NCBI GenBank assembly: GCA_018646985.1
Contig: JABGTR010000028.1
Coordinates: 1-53,812, forward strand
Length of the DNA stretch: 53,812 bases
Reading direction: 5' to 3'
From: Minisyncoccota bacterium
Lineage (GTDB): Bacteria > Patescibacteriota > Microgenomatia > UBA1400 > PJMF01
Under the pieces are notes generated by a model that did no database searches, was not told where the DNA came from, and was given only the letters and a program-made list of their open reading frames with translations. The number at the start of each line of letters is the position of its first letter. The first letter of the stretch is position 1. Shown here piece after piece: positions 39,901 through 48,868 of the stretch. Position numbers and translations under genes: made by a program.

Positions 39901-40614
39901 GACCAAGCTAATACAATTCTTGGTGCTGGTAAAAAATACCCTAGTGAAGTTGAAAAAATTGATAGCTCTTTGAGAGGAAGCAATATGGATGCTGATGGGA
40001 CGTTATCTCAACCCCTCGATCCTATTACAGGTGAAAAAATTAAAGAAATAAGACGACTAAATAATAAAAGAGAGTATCTTAATGATAAAGGAGAAAAACC
40101 TTTCACTGATAAGCAAATTAGTAAACTAGAAGCTGGTGCGCGCTCATTCTCTTTTTCTGAGAATCAATCTAGGATCTTAAAAGAGATTGAAATAGAATTA
40201 GTTCCTCTGCCATATAATCCAGCGGCAGTTAAAAAACTAGAAGATGCTGGGGCGATGCTGTCATATTTTGCAAAAGAAAATAAAATTATGAAAGTGGTAG
40301 ATGCAAGGGATTTCTTATTAGATTCTTATCCAAATTGGAAAGTGATTGGTTACAGTGATGGAGAAGGTAACATTAATCTTTCGCTTAATAAACCTGTGAA
40401 AGATGAGCTGACTATGGATATAATAGGCCCTGATGTCGATGAGCTTATGTCTTGGGTGATGCATTTTGGTAGTAAATTTAATTTGGAAAAAATGACAAGT
40501 AATCTACTAACTGAAGATGAGTTTAAACTCTTTAAAAGAGCTATTAAGCTGGGCATATTTGGCATCAAGGGAGCAGACCAACAAGCAGATCCTGATGATA
40601 AAAAAGATGAATAA
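36955..40614 (+). CDS. Large hypothetical helical protein
   Basis: 1219-aa ORF 4 nt after the previous stop; charged, no TM, no recognisable motif. Confidence 0.7.
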   Translation: MPTEKEGLVEEKFAELKTNVLTRRVFTESDFSELLAEMRERIKDGNHPTEKGVVIEGDKTHYGLAVNRLERELTPHFKDAEKFYRSWGRVVNSRETLIAKAADVSKKLGEMKADKDDYEEFSVIASIVARRYETEFLAAEVVETQEEKRWFLELWPTHYRDYRAKRDAADDVAFDEAAFFDERTKKLGENGKGWRNLTQEDNPVSLRKIFESTYDVESSIINAEVSYKADRDLDPNTLKDIKTKLDELKDVVADTGVAETKVLHNRLAVRYDNLEREWSSNIGPGYEERAKGRLVAEERTKFGAYTGSLKQLQYKLSQLSGGKVRVESPANINSTQKKELDVAYKAVKTNKEAAGSALATILPEDEKTLDALHQRLINEAEVLLGIETEELKSVFNDDVDWWMFAYHGEQWRVTQRLWEQHMADNSTHTLMSYDKKTIKELIKYFSKEIKDLDLDKDDVAYHQRFIALDIQLNRLEKISLAIEKDEKVQVVDKNEVFSEHRLPDWFEVPENTDTAWQQAYEKAAKEHGPNFLRSQVKYLTNLSEGREIQDKSWANTFHSIAQYHGLQHAMEHYHGEDEKEINELAIFLEMREKLFEAQAGPGHGLSMTCDMDVLHGWEANGILNEFFDYWTMDDNEVETMEDHEKKYRYSHQLKKMVQVLKGILLENPDPGSDMEDRSPFNKDGSPKKGRFGFYYWKDTPANAADLKARMQYELQKNIDSSLSDEDAEEVVFFAHRVATLCGIRLDCFAPYMAAGATPVETLGKLSKYIGEVNIFAPELYSAYKKRIYLQLAEAMAIPEDWWQMMKSHKKANTKRMASIRRAYKASKLVCESISMPREPFMMPIAADGVNIKNTYFSLLDIYFDDEVRKGRRKKGVTLKAWQAGKEEFVSFRKMCFDIPGLIDIDNIGSLTEEKVIEKLVGHVDLLINTGLSYMKKNFDMAQWREMALLTRWGIDRCFRVYALKNDSDKGQKRLLREVRALLDQANTILGAGKKYPSEVEKIDSSLRGSNMDADGTLSQPLDPITGEKIKEIRRLNNKREYLNDKGEKPFTDKQISKLEAGARSFSFSENQSRILKEIEIELVPLPYNPAAVKKLEDAGAMLSYFAKENKIMKVVDARDFLLDSYPNWKVIGYSDGEGNINLSLNKPVKDELTMDIIGPDVDELMSWVMHFGSKFNLEKMTSNLLTEDEFKLFKRAIKLGIFGIKGADQQADPDDKKDE

Positions 40615-40668
40615 ACTTTAATACTGTATCTTAATGCCTAATGAGTGTTTGACAATTAAAATAATACC

Positions 40669-42243
40669 TTATTTTTTCTTAGGATTTCTCTCGTCTCGTC
40701 CTTCTGTAAACATTTGTTGATCATCTGCTTTATCTGCGATAAATCTTCCTGATCCACGAGCCCACCTAATAGCTGTCTTCTTAGCAAATCCTTTCTTTCC
40801 CTTCCGAGGCCTAATCGCTCCAGCCAAGTAGCCAGTTCCACCGCCAACTATTGTTGAGACAACCACTGCTCCCTTCCTAGTCAAGTTTTCACCACTCAGC
40901 CCACCACCAGCCCACTTGCTGGTATTAGTAAATGCTAATCCAGGCACCATCTCTCCACCTTGCCAACCTTGCTTCAAGGAGCCACCAATATCTCTGGCAA
41001 ATTGAGTGAAGATGCCTTCTTTAGCGCCCATGGCTTTCTTGGCTTCCTTCACAATTTCTGGCATGATCATCAACATTCCTACACCGACAATAAATGGTAA
41101 AGCTCCACCAGTTCCACTTCCAAAAAGATAGGGCGGTTGGAAACCACCTGTCTCAATACTAGTTCCAGAAATATTACCAGTTAGTTCATCAAAAATAATT
41201 AAGACTAGCATCACCGCTGGGAAGGCAGCTAAGTTTCCGACTAAATCCTTCATCCATTGCCCAAAAACATTTTTACCCGGGATAGCGCCTAGAGCTAGTA
41301 AGATTGGAGAGAAGGCAATAGTCAGAATGATAATCACATATGTTTTTAATAATTCGAAAAACAACTCAAAAACTTTGAGTGCAATTGCAATTGAGACTAC
41401 AACTACCAAGCTTAACCCACCTAAAATTTCGAGTGCGCTTTGTCCTATTTCTGCAAAAGTAGTAGTAGCTTCTTCGCTAAAATTTTGAACAGCTTCGAAA
41501 GCAGTTTTACCACCATTGCCAATCATTGATGCTCCCAAGCTTAAAAAGCTTTTATTTAAGAAGTCTTTTGTCTGAGTTTTCCCAAATAGAGCTAAGAGTA
41601 GATACATGACTAAATACATTAAATCTATTAACAATCCGGCAATGGCATAAGAAAATGTCACTAGGATTAAAGTGATAATAATCTGGGGAATAGCTTGCTG
41701 GGCAGTAACTACCGTTTGACCACCCACTTTCTGCCTCATCATGATTAAGAAGCCAATTACCATAAAAATGACTACAAATAGCAAATAGGCCATATTACGG
41801 AAAGTTTTCCAAGTATTGAGAATTGGGTCTAATGAGGCGAAGCCCAATCCTTGAGCATAGGCGGGAGTGACAATCCCAGCTGAATTCATCACATCGGCAA
41901 TATATGTTTCAGTGTTAGCAGCAGGATTATTGAATATCCAGGCAATTGCTTCTGAGCTACCACCCACAATGCCCTTGGAGTAAGTTACTTCTTTGCTTTG
42001 ACCATCTTTGGCAGCTCCCTTGGGCATCGGTCGGCCACCAACTGCCCACCAAACTACTTGAGACCCAACACTTCCACCAAAGTCATTAACCCATGAGTCA
42101 CTATTAGGTTGAAATGATTCTATATTGGCTTCAATACCCACTTTAGCTTTATCTATTTCATAGATTCCTGCCGCAGAGACACTTTGAGACACAAAAGGTA
42201 AAAACACTAGCCCAGCTAGTAATGAGAAGAGCAGCTTTTTCAT
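40669..42243 (-). CDS. VirB6/TrbL-like polytopic membrane protein
   Basis: Signal peptide; WKTFRNMAY, IPQIIITLILVTFSYAIAGLLID, IAFSPI...W; 6-7 TM helices; Gly-rich basic tail. Confidence 0.7.
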   Translation of the reverse strand: MKKLLFSLLAGLVFLPFVSQSVSAAGIYEIDKAKVGIEANIESFQPNSDSWVNDFGGSVGSQVVWWAVGGRPMPKGAAKDGQSKEVTYSKGIVGGSSEAIAWIFNNPAANTETYIADVMNSAGIVTPAYAQGLGFASLDPILNTWKTFRNMAYLLFVVIFMVIGFLIMMRQKVGGQTVVTAQQAIPQIIITLILVTFSYAIAGLLIDLMYLVMYLLLALFGKTQTKDFLNKSFLSLGASMIGNGGKTAFEAVQNFSEEATTTFAEIGQSALEILGGLSLVVVVSIAIALKVFELFFELLKTYVIIILTIAFSPILLALGAIPGKNVFGQWMKDLVGNLAAFPAVMLVLIIFDELTGNISGTSIETGGFQPPYLFGSGTGGALPFIVGVGMLMIMPEIVKEAKKAMGAKEGIFTQFARDIGGSLKQGWQGGEMVPGLAFTNTSKWAGGGLSGENLTRKGAVVVSTIVGGGTGYLAGAIRPRKGKKGFAKKTAIRWARGSGRFIADKADDQQMFTEGRDERNPKKK

Positions 42244-42336
42244 TTATATGTAAGTATTGTACTTTATCCTGACTGGGCGTAGAAGTAGTGATTCCATATC
42301 ACTTAAGATATACTATAATATAGTTAGGTAGATAAA

Positions 42337-43206
42337 ATGAGTTCTCAATCACAGCTTATCCAAATCAAAGATTTTTTAGACACAGCTCAAAGCATTTTAG
42401 TCTTAGTTAGTCCTACCGCAGACTTAGATGTTTTAGCGGCCAGCAGTGCTTTATTTTTAAGTTTGGAGAAGTCTGGGAAAGATGTTGTTTTCGCCAGTCC
42501 CGACTTACCCACTAATGTTGATGGAAACTTAGCTGGCTTAGATCGAATTAAAACAGAGGTTAGTAACAAAAATCTCATCATGAGCTTTGCTTATAATGAA
42601 ACTGCAGTTGATAAGGTTAGTTATCATATTGGAGAAGAAACAAATCGCTTTTACTTGACTGTTCAGCCTAAAAAGGGTCATCAGCCATTAAACAAAGATT
42701 CTGTCGAAGTGGGCTATGTAGGTGCCGAAGCCGATTTGATTTTTATGGTCGGAGTTCATGATTATGAATCTTTAGAGCATCTATATGTGGGCAATGAACA
42801 AGTTTTTAGTGATGCCACTGTGGTAGCGATTAATAACTTTGAAGCTTCAGTAGGAGATGTCAGACTAAATACAGCTGAGAACATTAATATGAGCAGTGCA
42901 GTGGCTGAGTTAGTTCGTCAGGCTGGTCTAGAAATTACTGGAGACGCGGCCACCAATTTACTTTTTTCTATTGAAGAAATAACTGATAGTTTTAGATCTT
43001 TATCGATTACTCCAGAGCTGTTAGAAACAGCGGCTTGGCTGATGAGAAAAGGAGCTCGGAGAATTAGGAGAGCTGAAGCTAAGCCACAGCCTAAATCTAC
43101 TCAGGTCAATAAAAAAAAGAAATCCGGCAAAGATAAAAAGAAAATTGTTGTTAAGAAAAAAGGCAAATTAGACCATCAGCCAGGCTTGATGGGGAAGAGT
43201 AGTTAG
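42337..43206 (+). CDS. Degenerate DHH/NrnA-like phosphoesterase-fold protein
   Basis: ILVLVSPTADLDVLAASSAL, ADLIFMVG, ATNLLFSI..TDSF; the DHH triad is replaced by INNF. Confidence 0.6.
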   Translation: MSSQSQLIQIKDFLDTAQSILVLVSPTADLDVLAASSALFLSLEKSGKDVVFASPDLPTNVDGNLAGLDRIKTEVSNKNLIMSFAYNETAVDKVSYHIGEETNRFYLTVQPKKGHQPLNKDSVEVGYVGAEADLIFMVGVHDYESLEHLYVGNEQVFSDATVVAINNFEASVGDVRLNTAENINMSSAVAELVRQAGLEITGDAATNLLFSIEEITDSFRSLSITPELLETAAWLMRKGARRIRRAEAKPQPKSTQVNKKKKSGKDKKKIVVKKKGKLDHQPGLMGKSS

Positions 43207-43218
43207 GTTAGTTGCTTT

Positions 43219-45816
43219 TTATTTAATATTTCCGCAATCTATCTGATATCGAGGATGATTCATTGCACATTCGCAGTAGTTCAATCCATCACAACCACTG
43301 ATTGACTCGCTTATCGGTGGAACAGTACCATCTTCTACTGATTGAGGTAGAGTATTCTCACAGACTTTTTTTGTAAAGATAGTCTCGTAATGTTTTTTTG
43401 ATATTCCTAGGTTTCTACCAGACATCAATAAGTAAGTCTCTTCTAGAGATGGGTAAGAACCATTATATTGGTTGTATAGATCTTGTATCCAGCCAATGGA
43501 GTTTTTCCTTTTTCGAAGGACATAGTCCAACTGTGTTTCAACATCACAAGCAATTTCAGGATTATTTCTAACTTCTTGAATCCACGGATCAGTAGTGTCA
43601 TTAGCAATCTTTACAACTCCTTCAAAATTTGGACAATTAGATGTAGCTTGGTTAGTGTTAATACATTGTGGGACTAATACTCCAGCAATTTCTGAAGCAC
43701 CACAATCATTTACTATGAGTTCACCGCATTTAATAGTTTTTCTTTCAGTACCTAGTGATCCGGTTAAATCAGATTCTAATACCAAGAATCCCCAGAGCAT
43801 TTGAGCGTCATAAGCATCATTTGCAGGATCACTGTCGTTATTTTTGGCTATATCACAAACCATATGTCTTAGCTCATTGCTTGTAGGCAAAACTGTAGTT
43901 CTATCTTTTAATTCTTGGCACATTAATTCTTCACCACTATTACCATCATCATCGTCATCATCTCCACCACCCTCACCTTTTAGAAACCTCTCAATGTTTG
44001 TTTTTTGTTTAGGATTGCTTGGATCTCCCAATGTCTCATTGGCATGTTGCCAAGCAGCACTATCTTTAGACAATAAGGATAATATTGGGCGGCTTGCACT
44101 CCGGTTATTATCAGAAATTTGGGTGCTAAGTTGAGTACCAAAGTCTTTGCCGGTAATACAAAAAGATTTTTCTTTACAGACCTCTTCAATCCAACATATC
44201 TGACGGTATTTTGTGACGCAGACTTCTTCATCGTGACAATCTTCATAGTCTATATAAGACTCACATTTTTCATTGGTGCTACTTCCAACTAAAAAATCTT
44301 TAAATTCAGCATGAGTCTCCCAATCCTCTTGAGCTATAGTTCTAATTTTTTCATAATCTTCTTGTGAAGTAAAAAATGATTCCAAAGATACTTTGCCATC
44401 TTTGTAACTACTGTATGGGGCAAAGATATAGCTTCTTACTATAACTGGTCTATTTTCTAAATCAGCTGTTTTTCTTTTGCCAGTTAAAAACAAATTTTTA
44501 AATTTAGCGGTTATTGTAGAAAAAAGTCCGCCTCTGGTCCAGGTCCCAAAAGCATCATCTTGACTGTCTTTATATATGGGTCCTCCTTCCTCAGCTGTAG
44601 CATCACTACCTGTGGTCGGTGCTTTTTCTGTACGGACACTCTTCTCATCACAAGAGCTAGCGGTTCCATTGATAATGAAGGCTAAGGCTTTTTTGAATTC
44701 AGGTTCATTGTCTTTAAGATTAATTAGCTCATCATTGCTAAAACCTCTTTCTTTTGCTCCGAGAGCAGCATCTTTTCTACCACCTTTGGCGTTGTCAAAC
44801 CTTTCTTCTTCAGCTACTTGCTCTGCCAAAGACATAAAAATCTTCTTTCCTTGGTCGTGAACTTCTAGCGCATATTCTTCTAAATAAGGGTTTTGTTCAG
44901 TTCCGGCTGCAGGGATTTCAATATACTTAATGTAACATCGATCCTTTTTTCCTATGAAGAAAGAACCAAGTATGCTCCAAATAGATGTATCCCAGAAAGC
45001 TCTTGGTTCTACTGGTGTTTCATCAAACCATACTCCTGGTCCAGGTGTTTGACTAAAACAAACCCCAAGCCAAGCAGGTCTAGTATTTTCAGGGATTGCT
45101 GAGACATCTGGGGTGTTAGAGAGAGCATGTAATTCCCAAGGCTCCATCTCTTCTATTCCCTTTGGTTCTCTTAGTTTTTCACAATCTATTTGATCAATGT
45201 CCCTAATTTGTATTCCCGCCATTCTAGGGATATCTCTATTGAGGGCACAGTCTCTTAGGAGAACACCTTCTAACTCATGACAACGAGCATTTACATCGTC
45301 GGCACCAGCTTGTTTATAAATACACTGTTCGTAGAGTGAGCGCTGCCGGTGGACACCATCTGTAATAATGTTGGCATTGATGGTTTCTGGCTCAGTTTTG
45401 CTTCTGTACTGATAATTAACAATACTTTCATTTTTAAAACCGTCTCCAGTGGGATCATTAATCAGTGGATTTTTAATTTTGCCAGGCTCAGTAATCTCAG
45501 TAATAATTTCTTTTTCTTTTTCGGGATTTTTATCAAAATAAAGCTCTAAAAAACGCCTGTATTCTCCAGCTACTTCAGGGCTCATTTCTTGAGTAGGTGC
45601 AGCGCAAAAAACCTGATAATTATCATCAATCAAAGCCTCAATGGCTGTTCTGGCAGTAATACCAAATAATCCACCCTTTAGCCCAGGAACTTGTTGCACA
45701 TAAATTTCATTAGGATCAGTGGCAAGAGCTGTTGGTGGAGTGATTATTATCCAGGCTAGACTTAACACAATAATCAATACTTGAATTGAATTTAAAAAAT
45801 ATTTCAACTTATACAT
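43219..45816 (-). CDS. Cysteine-rich exported protein
   Basis: 865 aa; signal peptide (...TALA/TD), ~25 Cys, GGGDDDDDG linker before a C-terminal domain. Confidence 0.65.
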   Translation of the reverse strand: MYKLKYFLNSIQVLIIVLSLAWIIITPPTALATDPNEIYVQQVPGLKGGLFGITARTAIEALIDDNYQVFCAAPTQEMSPEVAGEYRRFLELYFDKNPEKEKEIITEITEPGKIKNPLINDPTGDGFKNESIVNYQYRSKTEPETINANIITDGVHRQRSLYEQCIYKQAGADDVNARCHELEGVLLRDCALNRDIPRMAGIQIRDIDQIDCEKLREPKGIEEMEPWELHALSNTPDVSAIPENTRPAWLGVCFSQTPGPGVWFDETPVEPRAFWDTSIWSILGSFFIGKKDRCYIKYIEIPAAGTEQNPYLEEYALEVHDQGKKIFMSLAEQVAEEERFDNAKGGRKDAALGAKERGFSNDELINLKDNEPEFKKALAFIINGTASSCDEKSVRTEKAPTTGSDATAEEGGPIYKDSQDDAFGTWTRGGLFSTITAKFKNLFLTGKRKTADLENRPVIVRSYIFAPYSSYKDGKVSLESFFTSQEDYEKIRTIAQEDWETHAEFKDFLVGSSTNEKCESYIDYEDCHDEEVCVTKYRQICWIEEVCKEKSFCITGKDFGTQLSTQISDNNRSASRPILSLLSKDSAAWQHANETLGDPSNPKQKTNIERFLKGEGGGDDDDDDGNSGEELMCQELKDRTTVLPTSNELRHMVCDIAKNNDSDPANDAYDAQMLWGFLVLESDLTGSLGTERKTIKCGELIVNDCGASEIAGVLVPQCINTNQATSNCPNFEGVVKIANDTTDPWIQEVRNNPEIACDVETQLDYVLRKRKNSIGWIQDLYNQYNGSYPSLEETYLLMSGRNLGISKKHYETIFTKKVCENTLPQSVEDGTVPPISESISGCDGLNYCECAMNHPRYQIDCGNIK

Positions 45817-45867
45817 ACCTATTTTTGATTATAAACCAGTTGGAGTTTAGGGAAACCCATCAAAGAT

Positions 45868-46236
45868 CTATATAGTGCTGCTAGCTTCAGGGATGACGAA
45901 GTCTAGGATAGTTTTAACGCCGGTAAATTCGGCAATTATATTTAAAATAACAAATGATGAGAGAGCTACTACTAAGCCAATCACAGCAAAGGTAATGGTG
46001 TTTTTGGCTGTTTCAGCGCCTTTAGTATTTCCACCAGATGCGAGGTAGCGAAATGAGCCCACAATCAACATGATGAAGCCAGCTAAGCCAATCCCAGTAA
46101 TGGCAACAGAGAGAACGTTGGCAATCATGCATCTCAACCCTTGAATAGTAGCCACATCAAAATTTACTGATTGTCCATCAACTACTTTAGTGACATTCTC
46201 GACACAGTCACCTTTCCATACTGCAGGTCCAACCAT
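45868..46236 (-). CDS. VirB2/TrbC-like pilin
   Basis: Two hydrophobic helices joined by YLASGGN...AKNTITFAVIGL. Confidence 0.8.
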   Translation of the reverse strand: MVGPAVWKGDCVENVTKVVDGQSVNFDVATIQGLRCMIANVLSVAITGIGLAGFIMLIVGSFRYLASGGNTKGAETAKNTITFAVIGLVVALSSFVILNIIAEFTGVKTILDFVIPEASSTI

Positions 46237-46253
46237 AAATTACTTTTTTAAGT

Positions 46254-46652
46254 TTATTCTAAACCCTTAACGTTTGAGAACACATCTCCGAGGTTACTGA
46301 AACCGAGGAAGTTAAGGATGATTAATAAGATAGCATAAGAAGCAGCTAAAATAATTAAACCAACTACTGCAGCTGTGATTTTATTACGAGCACCTTCAGT
46401 TTTGCTCTTATCACCGCCTGAGGTAATCCATTCAATTCCACCTAGAATTAAGTATAAAAATACTAAGAGGGCCGCAATTACCATAATGAAACTGAGCGCA
46501 CCATTGATTAAGCTGCCGATATCAGTAGCGAAACCTTTTGGAGCTGTAATTTCTGAGCCAGTGTTGATATCAGCCATGGCTTGCATGGGTAGAGCAGCAC
46601 TAGCAACTAAAGTGCTAGCAGTTAAGCTTAATTGGGTTAGTCGTTTTTTCAT
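46254..46652 (-). CDS. VirB2/TrbC-like pilin (major pilin candidate)
   Basis: Signal peptide ending AMA; GGIEWITSGGDKSKTEGARNKITAAVVGL. Confidence 0.82.
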   Translation of the reverse strand: MKKRLTQLSLTASTLVASAALPMQAMADINTGSEITAPKGFATDIGSLINGALSFIMVIAALLVFLYLILGGIEWITSGGDKSKTEGARNKITAAVVGLIILAASYAILLIILNFLGFSNLGDVFSNVKGLE

Positions 46653-46661
46653 TTTAGAAAA

Positions 46662-46735
46662 CTCCTTTTTATACCTATATTATCTACTATCTAGTATAGA
46701 TCTACATTATACCTGGATTTTTTCCTAGCAGTCAA
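46662..46735 (-). promoter_or_regulatory. Near-consensus promoter and Shine-Dalgarno for pilin 46254-46652
   Basis: TTGACT (46730-46735)-N18-TATAAT (46706-46711); AAGGAG (46662-46667) 9 nt from ATG. Confidence 0.7.
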
Positions 46736-46742
46736 GCAAGTT

Positions 46743-47087
46743 TTAAGGGAAAAGAGGGGTAAATGTTAATTCTATTCCCAAGAAGTCTCTGACTAAAACC
46801 CAGAGTGCAAAACTAGCGGAGAGCATGATTAAGCCGATGACAGTATTAGTTATTCTGCCTCTAGCAGACTCGAGCTTGCTGCTATCTCCACCGCTGCCAA
46901 TCCATTCGATGCCAGCTTGAATTAAATTAATCAGCGCAATCAAAGCACCCAACAGCATCATGAACTGTAAAACCCCACCAATTATTTCAAAAAAAAGTGA
47001 TCCTGATTGTGCACCAGACTCATCATTACCGGCAGTGCCAGATAAAATAGGATTGGTGATGGCGGCTAACTGTTTAATTTTTGTCAT
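46743..47087 (-). CDS. VirB2/TrbC-like pilin
   Basis: AGIEWIGSGGDSSKLESARGRITNTVIGL; start moved to ATG 47087 to avoid overlapping the upstream gene. Confidence 0.8.
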   Translation of the reverse strand: MTKIKQLAAITNPILSGTAGNDESGAQSGSLFFEIIGGVLQFMMLLGALIALINLIQAGIEWIGSGGDSSKLESARGRITNTVIGLIMLSASFALWVLVRDFLGIELTFTPLFP

Positions 47088-47094
47088 AATATTC

Positions 47095-47532
47095 CTATGG
47101 GTTAATTGGGATAGCAGCTGGTGGTTCTGTAATGACTGGAGCAGAGTTTGGTGATAGATCAAGTAGTAGTGAGCCTGGATTGAGAATATCAATGCCTAGC
47201 ATTGTTCCTACTACACCAATGATGGAGTAGGCAGCTACTAGAATTACTAAACCAATTAAGCCATTAGTCATCGAGTCTCTTGCTTTTTGAACTTTACTAG
47301 CGTCACCACCTGCACTCATCCAACTAAAAGCAGCTGTTAAAAACACAAAGAGAAAGTAAACTACTGCTACTAGTGTAAAACCACCGACTGCCACTGATAA
47401 AATTCCTTCAAAATTTGAAGCTGCTGCCTCACCAGTTCCTTCGCCAATCTCAAGGGTATAAGCATTTGATGGTGCTTTAAAAGAACCTAGGTTCCCATCT
47501 TCGGCTGCAGCGATTAAGGTTTTTGTGTTCAT
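47095..47532 (-). CDS. VirB2/TrbC-like pilin
   Basis: WMSAGGDASKVQKARDSMTNGLIGL; ATG 47532 overlaps the upstream stop (ATGA). Confidence 0.8.
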   Translation of the reverse strand: MNTKTLIAAAEDGNLGSFKAPSNAYTLEIGEGTGEAAASNFEGILSVAVGGFTLVAVVYFLFVFLTAAFSWMSAGGDASKVQKARDSMTNGLIGLVILVAAYSIIGVVGTMLGIDILNPGSLLLDLSPNSAPVITEPPAAIPINP

Positions 47533-47924
47533 GTGGGACATCCTTCTGGGCCACAAATAGTAGGATTAAGAATAAAAGTGGCATCGCCAAAGAAAATTAC
47601 ACCTGCTAAGGCTGCAGCAGTGTAAGAAGCAACAATAATTGCTAAGCCAATGACACTAAAAGTGACATTATTGGCTACTTTTTCATGAGCACTAGCATCC
47701 CCAGATGAGGAGATGTAAGTCCAACCTGCATAGAGGATATTGGCCATTACGAAAATGCCCCCAGCAATGGTTACGACTCTGATGATATTGGAGAGGAATA
47801 AAATTAAACCAATGCTCCCACCAGCTGCTTCTGCAGCACTGTCGTAATCAGCTACTCCAGGGGGAGGAGAAACCTCTCCGAAAACTGAGTTGGTGGCTGC
47901 TATTGCTTGAGGGATAAAAGACAT
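47529..47924 (-). CDS. VirB2/TrbC-like pilin
   Basis: AGWTYISSSGDASAHEKVANNVTFSVIGL. Confidence 0.78.
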   Translation of the reverse strand: MSFIPQAIAATNSVFGEVSPPPGVADYDSAAEAAGGSIGLILFLSNIIRVVTIAGGIFVMANILYAGWTYISSSGDASAHEKVANNVTFSVIGLAIIVASYTAAALAGVIFFGDATFILNPTICGPEGCPT

Positions 47925-47942
47925 AAATTTATTGTATCATCT

Positions 47943-48266
47943 CTAAATAATATTCTCGATTCCAGTCAAAATTTCTAAGATTTGAATGATCCAATAAGCA
48001 CTAAACATAACTAGAAAGCCGATTCCTGCTCCTTGGGCAATGTTTTTTGCATCTTCTTTAGCTTTGGTAGGAGACATGGCAAATTTAAAACCAGCTAAAA
48101 GAATCATTAGAAATAAAATTATTCCACCCAAGACAAATAGATTGCGGACAACTACATTTACTAAAACAGAAGGAGTGCCATAAACCCCTTCAACAGTAGT
48201 TCCCTTATCAGGATTAAGAGTTAAACAACTAAATAAATCGATGCTGCTAGAAGGGTCACAAGCCAT
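47943..48266 (-). CDS. VirB2/TrbC-like pilin
   Basis: AGFKFAMS...AKNIAQGAGIGFLVMFSAYWII; N-terminal Cys pair. Confidence 0.75.
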   Translation of the reverse strand: MACDPSSSIDLFSCLTLNPDKGTTVEGVYGTPSVLVNVVVRNLFVLGGIILFLMILLAGFKFAMSPTKAKEDAKNIAQGAGIGFLVMFSAYWIIQILEILTGIENII

Positions 48267-48271
48267 AATTA

Positions 48272-48868
48272 ATGTTATTATATGCCATATCTATGTTAGA
48301 TAAAACAAGACTTAGCTTAGACCAGGTTATTTTAGTTGATGAGAGTGACTCCCAGATTGGAGTGATGGATAAAGTTGAGGCCCACCGTCACCCAGCTCAG
48401 TTACACCGAGCCAGTTCAATTTTTTTATTTCGTCGAAGAAAAGATAATGTAGAATTACTGATTCAACGCAGGAGTGAGTATAAAATTGTTGGTGCTCGCC
48501 AATGGGCAAACACTGTTTGTGTTAATCTGAGGCCAGGCGAAAGCTACGAGAGTGCTGCTTATCGGAGAGTGGAAGAAGAGTTGGGAATTAAAAAAGTAAA
48601 CTTGTCTGAGATTTACACCTTTAGTTATCAACTAAACTGCAACCAAGACTTTGGTGAAAATGAAATCGATCATGTTTTTGTAGGCTGGTATGAAGGTGAG
48701 ATAAAACCAAATAGTGATGAGGTAGAGTCAGTCCAATGGGTCGAGTTTAATCAGCTAGAAAACAATCAAGATTTAGAACTAGCCCCTTGGTTCAAATTAA
48801 TGATCAACGATGAGGTATTAGTAGATAAATTAAATAAATGGTTAGAAGAAAGTGTTGATGAAAAATAA
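48272..48868 (+). CDS. idi: Isopentenyl-diphosphate delta-isomerase type 1 (Nudix fold)
   Basis: VILVDE, KVEAH, LHRASSIFLF, LLIQRRS, WANTVC, EEELGI, ENEIDHVF, PNSDEV, APWF; real start may be ATG 48293. Confidence 0.9.
   Translation: MLLYAISMLDKTRLSLDQVILVDESDSQIGVMDKVEAHRHPAQLHRASSIFLFRRRKDNVELLIQRRSEYKIVGARQWANTVCVNLRPGESYESAAYRRVEEELGIKKVNLSEIYTFSYQLNCNQDFGENEIDHVFVGWYEGEIKPNSDEVESVQWVEFNQLENNQDLELAPWFKLMINDEVLVDKLNKWLEESVDEK

Noticed and set aside
46743-47556. Overlapping long versions of two pilin ORFs (to 47192 and 47556)
   Set aside because: Downstream ATGs at 47087 and 47532 remove the overlaps and give normal spacing or coupling
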